Origin: an uncultured Bacillales bacterium
GTDB taxonomy: Bacteria > Bacillota_I > Bacilli_A > RFN20 > CAG-826
NCBI GenBank assembly: GCA_946612115.1
Contig: CAMOEI010000001.1
Span: forward strand, 40,813-104,812
Direction: 5' to 3'
DNA: 64,000 nt
In this document: positions 47,526-55,783 of the stretch, one piece after another
Layout: the number at the start of each line of letters is the position of its first letter
Numbering within the stretch: position 1 is the stretch's first letter
Position numbers and translations under genes: made by a program
The notes under the pieces: generated by a model
The model's input: only the letters and a program-made list of their open reading frames with translations
The model's database searches: none
Told to the model about the DNA's origin: nothing

Positions 47526-49544
47526 ATGAAGAGTGAATTATTATCAAATGCTTTGAATTATATAAATCCAAGCAATCTTTCTTACTTAGATTGGCTCCGT
47601 GTTGGTATGGCTTTAAAAACAGAAGGCTATTCAATCGATGACTTCATTAAATGGTCTTATAAAGATCCAGTAAAAGCCAAACTTACCGACTTTGAAAGAA
47701 AATGGAATTCCTTCAATGAAAGTGGTGTTACTGGTGCAACAATCATGGAACTTGCTAAGCAAGAAGGCTTCATTCCTAAAAGATATGAAGGCGATGGTTG
47801 CATGGATTTTAATGACACAATCGAATTTGATGGAACTCAAGAAATCCTCTCTAAGCCAGCTGAGCCAAGTGGTGGAGAGCAACTCATTAAATACTTAAAA
47901 GCTTTATTCAATGATTCTGACTATGTTGGTTTCGTTACATCAAATGCATTCTTTGATACCGCTAAAGGGAAGTGGCTTCCTGGGAATTGCGTTTATCATA
48001 AAACTTGCCGCGATATTATCGAGGATATTTATCATTATGGCGATGATTTAGGTGCCGCAATCGGAGATCCTAAATTAGAAGCTGGAGCTTGGATCAAATT
48101 CAATGCTTTAGATGGTAGTGGCTATAAGGATAAGAATGTAACTTCTTATAAATATGCATTAGTTGAAGCGGATGGAGAAACTCTTGAACTTCAAAGATTC
48201 ATCTATGATGATTTAAGGCTTCCAATTGCTGCTTTAGTGTTTAGTGGACTTCGTTCTTTACATGCTATCGTTCATGTCGATGCAATTAGTGAGAGGGAAT
48301 ATAAAGAGAGGGTAAATTTCCTTTATTCTTATCTCAAAAGCAAAGGCTTACGAGTGGATGAAAACAATAAGAATCCATCTAGGCTTTCAAGAATGCCAGG
48401 AGTAAGCCGCAATGGCGTTATGCAAAAACTTATTGCAACTAATATTGGCTGTAAAGATTGGGATGATTGGAGAAAATACATTGCTTCAATTGATAATCCT
48501 CTTCCTCAAATTAAGTTCTTTAAAGACTTAGATGGGTGGCCAGAACTCGCTCCTGAGTTAATTGAAGGAGTTTTGAGAAAAGGCCATAAAGCCATAGTCA
48601 CTGGAGGTAGCAAAACAGCCAAGACTTTTGCTCTAATGCAACTAGCAGTTTGCATAGCAAACAAACTCAAATGGATGGGTAAACTACAATGCTTTCAAGG
48701 CAAAGTACTTTATATTGATTTTGAGTTGAGCGAAGCTAGCTCATGGGATAGGCTCCATAAAATAATAGATGCCTTAGGCTTAGGCACTGATTGTTTAGAA
48801 AACATTGCTATTTGGTCATTAAAAGGCCAAGCAACAACTTTGGATAATCTCGCAGATAAAATCATTAGGAAATGCAAAGCTAATGGTTTTGATGTAGTCA
48901 TTTTAGATCCAATCTATAAAGTCTTATTCGGAGATGAAAATAGTGCTTCAGACATGGGCAAATTCACAAATCAATTAGATAGGATTGCCGCTGAAGCTGG
49001 AGTTTCAGTAATTTACTGTCATCATCACTCTAAAGGTGCTCAAGGAAATAAGAAATCTTTAGATAGGGGCAGTGGAAGCGGTGTTTTCTCTCGTGATGCT
49101 GATGCTATTATCGACATTATTGAACTTGAGCTATCTCAAAAAGTAATTGATGAATATGCGGACAAAAAGACCGATAGGGGTTTTCGCATCGAAATTACAA
49201 CTAGAGAATTCCTCAATCCTGAAAACTTCTATATTTGGTTTAGCTATCCTCTTCATAAGTTTGATTCAGCTGGAGCTCTTGGAAAATTGCATGCCGCTGG
49301 AGAAATAGAAGCAAAAGACAATAAAAAGTCCGCGGATGAAAAAAGAGCGGAAGAGATAGTAAGACGATATGAGGAAATTGCTTCATTCAAACAAGTTCTA
49401 GAATTAAGCGTTTCTCAAATTGCTGAATACTTAACTGTAGACGAAAAAACTATAAAAAGAGCAATCGCAGCATCTAAAGGCCGTCTTAAAATCGAAGACA
49501 AAACTAGAGTTATCTTAACTGGGGAAGGGGGTCAAGAGGGCTAA
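47526..49544 (+). CDS. phage DNA primase/helicase (PriCT-like N-terminus, prim-pol-like centre, RepA/AAA_25-like ATPase)
   Basis: 672 aa. LSYLDWLRVGMALKTEGYSIDDFIKWS (PriCT-like), Walker A-like VTGGSKTAKTF, Walker B VVILDPIYK, CHHHSKG. Confidence 0.65.
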   Translation: MKSELLSNALNYINPSNLSYLDWLRVGMALKTEGYSIDDFIKWSYKDPVKAKLTDFERKWNSFNESGVTGATIMELAKQEGFIPKRYEGDGCMDFNDTIEFDGTQEILSKPAEPSGGEQLIKYLKALFNDSDYVGFVTSNAFFDTAKGKWLPGNCVYHKTCRDIIEDIYHYGDDLGAAIGDPKLEAGAWIKFNALDGSGYKDKNVTSYKYALVEADGETLELQRFIYDDLRLPIAALVFSGLRSLHAIVHVDAISEREYKERVNFLYSYLKSKGLRVDENNKNPSRLSRMPGVSRNGVMQKLIATNIGCKDWDDWRKYIASIDNPLPQIKFFKDLDGWPELAPELIEGVLRKGHKAIVTGGSKTAKTFALMQLAVCIANKLKWMGKLQCFQGKVLYIDFELSEASSWDRLHKIIDALGLGTDCLENIAIWSLKGQATTLDNLADKIIRKCKANGFDVVILDPIYKVLFGDENSASDMGKFTNQLDRIAAEAGVSVIYCHHHSKGAQGNKKSLDRGSGSGVFSRDADAIIDIIELELSQKVIDEYADKKTDRGFRIEITTREFLNPENFYIWFSYPLHKFDSAGALGKLHAAGEIEAKDNKKSADEKRAEEIVRRYEEIASFKQVLELSVSQIAEYLTVDEKTIKRAIAASKGRLKIEDKTRVILTGEGGQEG

Positions 49545-49560
49545 TAAAAAAATTAGCTTC

Positions 49561-49652
49561 TCGCATGCGATGAGGACAAAAATAAACGGACAAATTGGAC
49601 AAGTTTTTAATAAACTTGTTCCATATTTGTACCTATTTATTGTCCCATGTCC
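49561..49652. repeat. inverted arrays of GGACAA hexamers in the primase-rusA intergenic region
   Basis: Palindrome TCGCATGCGA 49561-49570. GGACAA at 49574, 49588 and 49597. Complementary TTGTTCC 49616, TTGTACC 49627, TTGTCC 49640, TGTCC 49648. The central pair forms the hairpin GGACAAGTTT-ttaat-AAACTTGTTCC. Confidence 0.6.
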
Positions 49653-49693
49653 AACGCGAGTGAGAGGCTGAGAAAAAAGTCCGAAAAAGGAAC

Positions 49694-50116
49694 ATGAAAT
49701 TCTTCTTACTACTTGATCCACCTACAGTAACTGCTCAAGAAAAGAAAGTCGCTATCATTCGTGGCAAACCTAGAATCTATGAACCAGAAAATGTAGCTAA
49801 GGCAAAAGCCGAACTCAAAAAGTATCTCAAACCATTCGTTCCAAAAAGTCCACTTAATGGACCACTGAAACTTACGGTTAGCTGGCTATTCTATATAGGC
49901 ACTAAACATAAGCATATGGAATATAGGATGACTAAGCCTGATACCGATAACTTAGAAAAACTTCTCAAAGACTGCATGACTGAACTTAAGTTTTGGGAAG
50001 ATGATGCTCAAGTAGCGGTGGAGCATGTTGAGAAGCTGTGGTCTAAAGAGCCAACTGGAATCTCGATAGAAATCACCGCATTGCCAAAATTCAAGGAGGT
50101 AGCACATGACAACTGA
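49694..50116 (+). CDS. rusA: RusA-family Holliday junction resolvase
   Basis: KPDTDNLEKLLKDCM...WEDDAQV catalytic Asp pattern. Confidence 0.85.
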   Translation: MKFFLLLDPPTVTAQEKKVAIIRGKPRIYEPENVAKAKAELKKYLKPFVPKSPLNGPLKLTVSWLFYIGTKHKHMEYRMTKPDTDNLEKLLKDCMTELKFWEDDAQVAVEHVEKLWSKEPTGISIEITALPKFKEVAHDN

Positions 50117-50540
50117 TGAAGTGAAAAAGTACTTATCAAGCTATTACTACCTATCCCTCAAAGTTGATTCTCTAAAAGAGGAGCTTGGATATCTTGAAAT
50201 TTTAGCCAATGGTACGCAAGGGGTTATAACTGATGAACCAAGAGTTCAAAAGTCACCTTCATTAAAAGCTCCGTTTGTTAAATACATAGACAAGATATTC
50301 GCTAAGCAACAACAAATTGATGAGAAGGTTGAAGAACTCGTAAAGCTAAGAGGAGAGATTGAAAACGTTATCGCGAGCGTTGATAATCCACTTATAGAAA
50401 TCGTGCTCACGTATAGATATCTAAATTTCTTTTCTTGGAAAGAGATAGCCAAGAAGCTTAACTATGCTATTTCCTATATCTACGAGCTTCATCGAGATGG
50501 ACTTTGGAAGATAAGTTTGAAAGACCATAGTAAATCCTAA
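50106..50540 (+). CDS. ArpU/RinA-like (sigma region-4-like) phage late regulator
   Basis: 144 aa. C-terminal IEIVLTYRYLNFFSWKEIAKKLNYAISYIYELHRDGL HTH preceded by a coiled region, typical of DUF1492/ArpU-type regulators. Confidence 0.6.
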   Translation: MTTDEVKKYLSSYYYLSLKVDSLKEELGYLEILANGTQGVITDEPRVQKSPSLKAPFVKYIDKIFAKQQQIDEKVEELVKLRGEIENVIASVDNPLIEIVLTYRYLNFFSWKEIAKKLNYAISYIYELHRDGLWKISLKDHSKS

Positions 50541-50662
50541 AAAAGCATAGCTTTCCATAGTTGCTAAGAGTCGGTATTCCTTGATATGCTATAATCAGAA
50601 AAATTATAGAAACCTCGCTAGAAATAGTGGGGTTTTATTTTACACATTTGGAGGATACGAAA

Positions 50663-51172
50663 ATGGCAAAACCATTAGATACCTTTGAGATGTGGGTAAA
50701 TGATGGTTTGTGGCCAAAGTACCGAGATTTCTTAACAAAAGCAGTGAGAAACAATTTCTCCCAAAAAGAAATTTGCAGACGCCTTCAGATGGATCAAAAC
50801 ACATTCTCAAGGCTGAAGAAAAAACACGTAGAAATTGTCGAAGCTATGGAAGAAGGCAAAGTTGGCCTTAAAGAAGACTTAATCAATGCGATGCTTCAAC
50901 TCGCGTTAGGATATGACGAAGTTACCGAAACAAAGTTAGCTAGTGAAAAATCAAGTGCTGGTAGAGGTGGTGCTGATAAAAAGGCATACCGCCAAGTTAG
51001 ACACATTGGTCCTGACTATAAAGCAGCGGTTTATTTGCTCAAGATTAACTTTGGTCTCGATTACGATCCTAACTCTGAGCAAATCAAATTGATGATTAAA
51101 CGAGCTAAAGAAGGAAAGGAGACATGGGGTAATGGCAAAATTATCAAAGAAGATAGTGATAAAGAAGATTAA
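50663..51172 (+). CDS. HTH DNA-binding protein (TerS-like/Psq-like HTH), function unclear
   Basis: Start moved to ATG 50663 (GGAGGATACGAAA upstream). FSQKEICRRLQMDQNTFSRLKKK HTH. An extended -10 TGcTATAAT lies about 70 nt upstream. Confidence 0.45.
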   Translation: MAKPLDTFEMWVNDGLWPKYRDFLTKAVRNNFSQKEICRRLQMDQNTFSRLKKKHVEIVEAMEEGKVGLKEDLINAMLQLALGYDEVTETKLASEKSSAGRGGADKKAYRQVRHIGPDYKAAVYLLKINFGLDYDPNSEQIKLMIKRAKEGKETWGNGKIIKEDSDKED

Positions 51173-52385
51173 TGAACTAGTTGCCTATGGCAATAACCCA
51201 AGAATCAACGATGAAGCTGTCGATGCTGTTGCCGCTAGTATTCAAGCCTTTGGATTTAGAAACCCAATTCTAATTGATTCAAATAACGTTATTGTTGCTG
51301 GCCACACTAGATTAAAAGCCAGCCAAAAGTTAGGAATCGAAGAAGTCCCTTGTATTGTTATTGACGATTTAACTGATGATGAAGTTAGAGCATTGAGACT
51401 CGCGGATAATAAAACTGCTGAATTAGCTCGATGGGACATGGGCAAGTTAAGCGAAGAAATCAAAAACATCGATATGGATTTACTCCAATTCGGTTTTGAA
51501 GATTTGCTTGATAAATTAGATGATGAACCTGAAGAAGATGACTTTGCTGAAGATGAAGAGCTTCCTGAAGTTCCTTATTCTCAAAAAGGTGACTTATTTC
51601 TTCTTGGTAATCATAGATTAATATGTGGAGATTCCACAAAACTTGAGGATGTTAAAACTCTTGTTGGAGAAACTCAAGTCGACCTTCTTTTTACTGATCC
51701 GCCTTATAACGTGGATTATGAAGGTTCAACTGGAATGAAGATTCAAAATGATAAACAAGATAATGACTCATTCTTTAAGTTCTTAACAAGTGCATTTCAA
51801 AATGCCTTTGAAGTTCTTAAACCAGGAGCGGCTTTCTATGTTTGCCATAGCGATGTTGAAGAGCTCAACTTCCTCTTAGCAGTTAAAAATGCTGGATTCC
51901 ACATGAGCCAAATTATTATTTGGTTAAAGAATTCGTTGGTTCTTGGAAGAAAAGATTATCATTCAAGAAACGAACCAATCTTATATGGATGGAAAGAAGG
52001 TGCTGGTCATTACTTCATTGATGACAGAACCCAAGACACAATTTGGGAATATGATAAGCCAAAGCACAATGACCTTCATCCAACTATGAAGCCAATTCCT
52101 CTAGTGGCTAGAGCTATCAAGAATAGTTCAAGAAGAGGAGAAAACGTTCTCGACTTATTTGGTGGTAGTGGTACAACTCTCATTGCCGCTGAGCAAGATG
52201 GTAGAAATGCCTTCTTGGTCGAAATTGATGAAAAGTATGTAGATGTAATTGTTAAACGTTACATTCGATACATTGGCAGTCTTGATGGCTGCTTTTTAAT
52301 TAGAAACGGAGAAAAGATTCCTCTTAGTGATATTGAGGATTATCAAGTACTCCAAAAAGATGAAGAGCTAAGCGATAAAGCTTAA
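51132..52385 (+). CDS. ParB-like nuclease domain fused to N6/N4 DNA methyltransferase (beta class)
   Basis: N-terminal ParB/Srx box (NPRINDEAVDAVAASIQAFGFRNPILI, GHTRLKA). MTase motif IV TDPPYN and C-terminal FGGSGTT SAM motif. Confidence 0.88.
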   Translation: MAKLSKKIVIKKINELVAYGNNPRINDEAVDAVAASIQAFGFRNPILIDSNNVIVAGHTRLKASQKLGIEEVPCIVIDDLTDDEVRALRLADNKTAELARWDMGKLSEEIKNIDMDLLQFGFEDLLDKLDDEPEEDDFAEDEELPEVPYSQKGDLFLLGNHRLICGDSTKLEDVKTLVGETQVDLLFTDPPYNVDYEGSTGMKIQNDKQDNDSFFKFLTSAFQNAFEVLKPGAAFYVCHSDVEELNFLLAVKNAGFHMSQIIIWLKNSLVLGRKDYHSRNEPILYGWKEGAGHYFIDDRTQDTIWEYDKPKHNDLHPTMKPIPLVARAIKNSSRRGENVLDLFGGSGTTLIAAEQDGRNAFLVEIDEKYVDVIVKRYIRYIGSLDGCFLIRNGEKIPLSDIEDYQVLQKDEELSDKA

Positions 52386-52519
52386 GCTTTTTATTCGCGT
52401 GCAGGAACTAACCCTGCTTTTAAATTGACCTTATGGATTCATTTATTTCTCCATGATTACCTCCTTTACCAAGTGGGTGAGGTTGATGACGGTCAATCTC
52501 ACTCATGCGGAGGTGGCAT

Positions 52520-53677
52520 ATGTTAAAAGTTGTTGAATTATTTTCTGGGATTGGAGCTCAAAAAGAAGCCTTAAAAATTGCTGGTATTCCTCATGAAGTA
52601 GTGGCAACAAGCGAAATTGATAAGTACGCAATTAAGACTTATCGATTCCTTCATGGTTGGACTACTAATTTAGGAGATATCAAAACTATAAAAGAGCTTC
52701 CTCAAGTTGACCTTTGGACTTATAGTTTCCCTTGCACTGATATTTCTTTAAGCGGAAGACTCAAAGGATTTGAAAAAGGCTCCGAAACTGGATCATCTCT
52801 TCTTTGGGAAGTGCAAAGATTATTAGAAGTTTCTAAAGAAAAAGGAACTCTTCCTAAAGTATTGCTCATGGAAAACGTGAAAAACCTAGTCTCAAAAAGG
52901 TTTATTAACGAATTCCTAGTTTGGGTAGATTATCTCAAAGAGCTAGGATATAAATCTTTCTATAAAGTTCTGAATGCCAAAGATTATGGTGTTCCGCAAA
53001 ACCGAGAAAGAACAATAATGGTCTCCATTCTTGATTATGATGGAGATTTTATTTTCCCAGAACCAGTTGAACTAAAGGTTACTCTTCAAGACCTCTTAGA
53101 AAAAGAAGTGGAAGAGAAATATTTCCTTAGTGATAGGTTCATCAAATATGCATGCGATTTAAGTAATAGAAATGGTTTCATACGCGGAACCAAATTTAGA
53201 CCTCATGATAATAAAAGCAAAGTAGCTTATACCATCTCGACTTGTCCTGGTGGAAGAGCTACTGATAACTTTGTTATGATTCCAGCTAAAAACATTAGTG
53301 AAGAAGAAAAAGAAGTGATTCTAGTTCCTCAAGCTACTAAGGCTGGATATGCTGCTGCCGAAGTTGGAGACGGCATTTATACAAATAGATGCAAATCCAA
53401 AAGAGGGGTAGTGCAAAAGAGCATTATTCCAACTCTTAAATGTACAGTCACTGATGTTGGAGTTGTTGTAAATGACAAAAATGATCTCATCAATATTAGA
53501 AGGCTAACTCCTAGAGAATGTTGGAGATTGATGGGTTGGAATGATGAAAGAATCGATAGAGCTTTTGAAGCTGGATGTAGTGAAACTCAATACTACAAAA
53601 TGGCTGGAAATTCTATCGTTGTTAACGTCTTAGTTGAGGTGTTTAAATCCCTTAAAAATTGTATCAATATAACTTGA
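52520..53677 (+). CDS. DNA (cytosine-5) methyltransferase (orphan, phage-borne)
   Basis: Start moved to ATG 52520 (GGAGGTGGCAT upstream). ELFSGIGA, PCTDIS, ENVKN, QNRER, GNSI motifs. Confidence 0.9.
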   Translation: MLKVVELFSGIGAQKEALKIAGIPHEVVATSEIDKYAIKTYRFLHGWTTNLGDIKTIKELPQVDLWTYSFPCTDISLSGRLKGFEKGSETGSSLLWEVQRLLEVSKEKGTLPKVLLMENVKNLVSKRFINEFLVWVDYLKELGYKSFYKVLNAKDYGVPQNRERTIMVSILDYDGDFIFPEPVELKVTLQDLLEKEVEEKYFLSDRFIKYACDLSNRNGFIRGTKFRPHDNKSKVAYTISTCPGGRATDNFVMIPAKNISEEEKEVILVPQATKAGYAAAEVGDGIYTNRCKSKRGVVQKSIIPTLKCTVTDVGVVVNDKNDLINIRRLTPRECWRLMGWNDERIDRAFEAGCSETQYYKMAGNSIVVNVLVEVFKSLKNCINIT

Positions 53678-53727
53678 TAATAATCAAAGATTATTAGAGT
53701 ATATGTATGACCAAAGGAGGTCAGAAT

Positions 53728-53928
53728 ATGCACTATATCGAAACCAAGAAGGGACTTGAAACCTTGCTAAAAAGATATCAAGAAGCTGGAGTTACTGATG
53801 AAGCCTATCCAGTAGATAGATGGATTAGCGTTATCAAAGGCTGCCTTAAAGAAGGCTTAGCCATGGACGAAGTGGACTTTGAGAACACTCCTAAAGAATT
53901 AAAACCACTTTGGAGGGGGCTCAAGTAA
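53728..53928 (+). CDS. hypothetical phage protein
   Basis: 66 aa from ATG 53728 (AAGGAGG 7 nt upstream). Confidence 0.5.
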   Translation: MHYIETKKGLETLLKRYQEAGVTDEAYPVDRWISVIKGCLKEGLAMDEVDFENTPKELKPLWRGLK

Positions 53929-54179
53929 TGTACTTAGTAACTGAAGGCAAAAGAAAAGAAAACCAACTTGCTTATGCTCCAAAGACTCAAGAATATGTCT
54001 ATTTCCATCATGGAAAGGAAATATGGAGAGAAAAAGGAGATACTGCTCTATTAGATTATTTCAACGAAGTAAGAGCCGACATTCACTATTTTGAAGATAA
54101 GGATGTCGAAAATAATCCAATTTGGAAGAAATACAGTGATTCTTGCTTTGAATTTGAAAAGAAAGAGAGAGGCTGGTAA
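53928..54179 (+). CDS. hypothetical phage protein
   Basis: 83 aa; ATG overlaps the previous stop (TAATG), GGAGGGGG upstream. Confidence 0.5.
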   Translation: MYLVTEGKRKENQLAYAPKTQEYVYFHHGKEIWREKGDTALLDYFNEVRADIHYFEDKDVENNPIWKKYSDSCFEFEKKERGW

Positions 54180-54418
54180 TGAATAAGCTAGAAATAGTGG
54201 TAAAGCTCATTGATAACAAGGGTATCCAAATTGGAAGAACTGTCTTTCTCTTTAGTAAACCGAGAATGGTGGTAGGCTTTTGGAACAATTTCTTAGTCTT
54301 TGCGACTGATAACCCTAAAACAATGTCGGAAGCTCAAGTTCTAATCTATACGATTGATGAACTCAAAGAAATTTACAAAGAAGGGAGCCTACAAGGCTTG
54401 GTGGAAATAGATGGCTAA
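54179..54418 (+). CDS. hypothetical phage protein
   Basis: 79 aa; TAATG coupling to the previous gene. Confidence 0.5.
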   Translation: MNKLEIVVKLIDNKGIQIGRTVFLFSKPRMVVGFWNNFLVFATDNPKTMSEAQVLIYTIDELKEIYKEGSLQGLVEIDG

Positions 54419-54578
54419 AGTTGGTGACCATATCTTAATTATTGAAATGAAAGATGAACCTTCCTATAACGGAAAAGAAGGCGAAGTTCTCTTCATAGAT
54501 GACATCGGACAAATTCATGGTACTTGGGGTGGATGTGCTCTCATCCCAGAAGTTGATAAGTTCGAAGTTATTAGATAG
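54411..54578 (+). CDS. DUF4314-like small protein (not in ORF track, 55 aa)
   Basis: My translation: MAKVGDHILIIEMKDEPSYNGKEGEVLFIDDIGQIHGTWGGCALIPEVDKFEVIR. The GTWGGC motif and length match my memory of DUF4314. 8-nt overlap with the previous gene. Confidence 0.5.
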   Translation: MAKVGDHILIIEMKDEPSYNGKEGEVLFIDDIGQIHGTWGGCALIPEVDKFEVIR

Positions 54579-54612
54579 TCTCTAAGAATAAATTCTATAG
54601 AGTCTATCAATA

Positions 54613-54636
54613 AGCACTCTAAAAGGGGTGCTTTTT
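54613..54636 (+). terminator. rho-independent terminator separating the small-gene block from the metK-like/HNH/terminase block
   Basis: AGCACTC-taaaag-GGGTGCT (7-bp stem, one G.U) followed by TTTT. Confidence 0.5.
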
Positions 54637-54707
54637 ACTTCTTTACTCAATACATAGTATTCAGTAAAGGCAAAATGAGCATTTTTAAGAAAAAGGAGAA
54701 ACTATCT

Positions 54708-55490
54708 ATGATAGAAAAAGTGAATAAATTCCATCCAGACAAATTAGCGGATAGAATCGCTGGTGCTTTAGTTGACCTAGCTTATAAGGCCGAGAGAGCT
54801 CCAAAAATTGCAGTTGAGGTTTTAATTGGACATGGTTGTTGCCATATTATTTGCGAAACCTCGGTTCATCTTAAAAAGAAAGATGTTAGAAATGCCGTTT
54901 ATCGTATTGCTGGAAAACTAGCGGTGGACTATGTAGAAGTTCCTCAAGATTTCCATTTATCGCAAAACCAAGCTGTAAAGTTCCGCTGCGGTGATAATGG
55001 GATTTTCAAGGGTGTTCCTCTAACCGAAGAGCAAAAAAGACTTTCACAAATTGCTAGGGATATCACTGAAGCCTATCCATACGATGGGAAATATATACTT
55101 GATAAAGAAAGACTCATTATTTGCCAAAGCAATGCTGATTCTTCAGAACTTAAGAGGATCTTCAAAAATGCTGAAGTAAATCCAATTGGTGATTGGAGTG
55201 GTGGCACTAATGTAGATACTGGTGCAACGAATAGAAAGCTTGGCTCTGATATGGGAGATTCAATCACTGGCGGTGGTCTTCATGGGAAAGATCTCAGCAA
55301 AGCTGATGTTTCAGTAAATATCTATGCTTGGCTTAAAGCTCAAAGAACCAAAAAGGTTGTTGAACTCTCATGTGCAATCGGAGATGAATTCATTGATGGA
55401 AAACCATATGGTGAAATTGTTTGTATTGCTAAAGACTTCATTACAAAATTAGGTGGCTTCGAGAAGTTCGCTGAATGGGGCTTATTTTAA
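54708..55490 (+). CDS. compact S-adenosylmethionine synthetase (MetK) homologue, about 260 aa
   Basis: Start moved to ATG 54708 (AAGGAG 9 nt upstream). KFHPDKLADRIAGALVD vs MetK GHPDKIADQISDAVLD. CGDNGIF vs GDQGLMF. NPIGDWSGG..DTGATNRK..GGGLHGKDLSKADVS vs NPTGRFVIGG..DCGLTGRK..GGGAFSGKDPSKVDRS. Confidence 0.7.
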   Translation: MIEKVNKFHPDKLADRIAGALVDLAYKAERAPKIAVEVLIGHGCCHIICETSVHLKKKDVRNAVYRIAGKLAVDYVEVPQDFHLSQNQAVKFRCGDNGIFKGVPLTEEQKRLSQIARDITEAYPYDGKYILDKERLIICQSNADSSELKRIFKNAEVNPIGDWSGGTNVDTGATNRKLGSDMGDSITGGGLHGKDLSKADVSVNIYAWLKAQRTKKVVELSCAIGDEFIDGKPYGEIVCIAKDFITKLGGFEKFAEWGLF

Positions 55491-55783
55491 TGCTCAATAA
55501 GTGCAAAGCTATAAACCGCTTCTATAGAAGTAAAGAATGGCTCTTAGCTAGACAGCAAAAGATAGCTTCTTGTAATGGAAGATGCGAAAAGTGTGGTGCT
55601 ATAGGAGAGGAAGTTCATCATAAGATTCCTTTGACTCCTAAAAACATAACTGATCCGAGAATCACTCTTGGAGAAGATAATCTCATCTACCTATGTAAAG
55701 ACTGCCATAATAAGGAGCATCATAGGTTTGAAAAGAAAGAACCAATCTTTGATGAAGAAGGGAATCTCAAACCTTATAAATAA
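55490..55783 (+). CDS. HNH endonuclease (packaging-associated)
   Basis: CEKCG...VHHKIPL...DNLIYLCKDCHNKEHH. TAATG coupling to the previous gene. Position just upstream of terS/terL. Confidence 0.88.
   Translation: MLNKCKAINRFYRSKEWLLARQQKIASCNGRCEKCGAIGEEVHHKIPLTPKNITDPRITLGEDNLIYLCKDCHNKEHHRFEKKEPIFDEEGNLKPYK

Noticed and set aside
50663-51172. Calling this HTH protein the terminase small subunit
   Set aside because: A better-placed P27-like TerS candidate lies directly upstream of the terL block at 56042. This ORF is separated from terL by 7 kb of MTase, metK-like and small genes, so only a generic HTH call is made.
52401-52421. Terminator between ParB-MTase and Dcm (GCAGG-aactaac-CCTGC-TTTT)
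   Set aside because: A 5-bp stem with a short T run. It is plausible but not strong enough to list as a feature.
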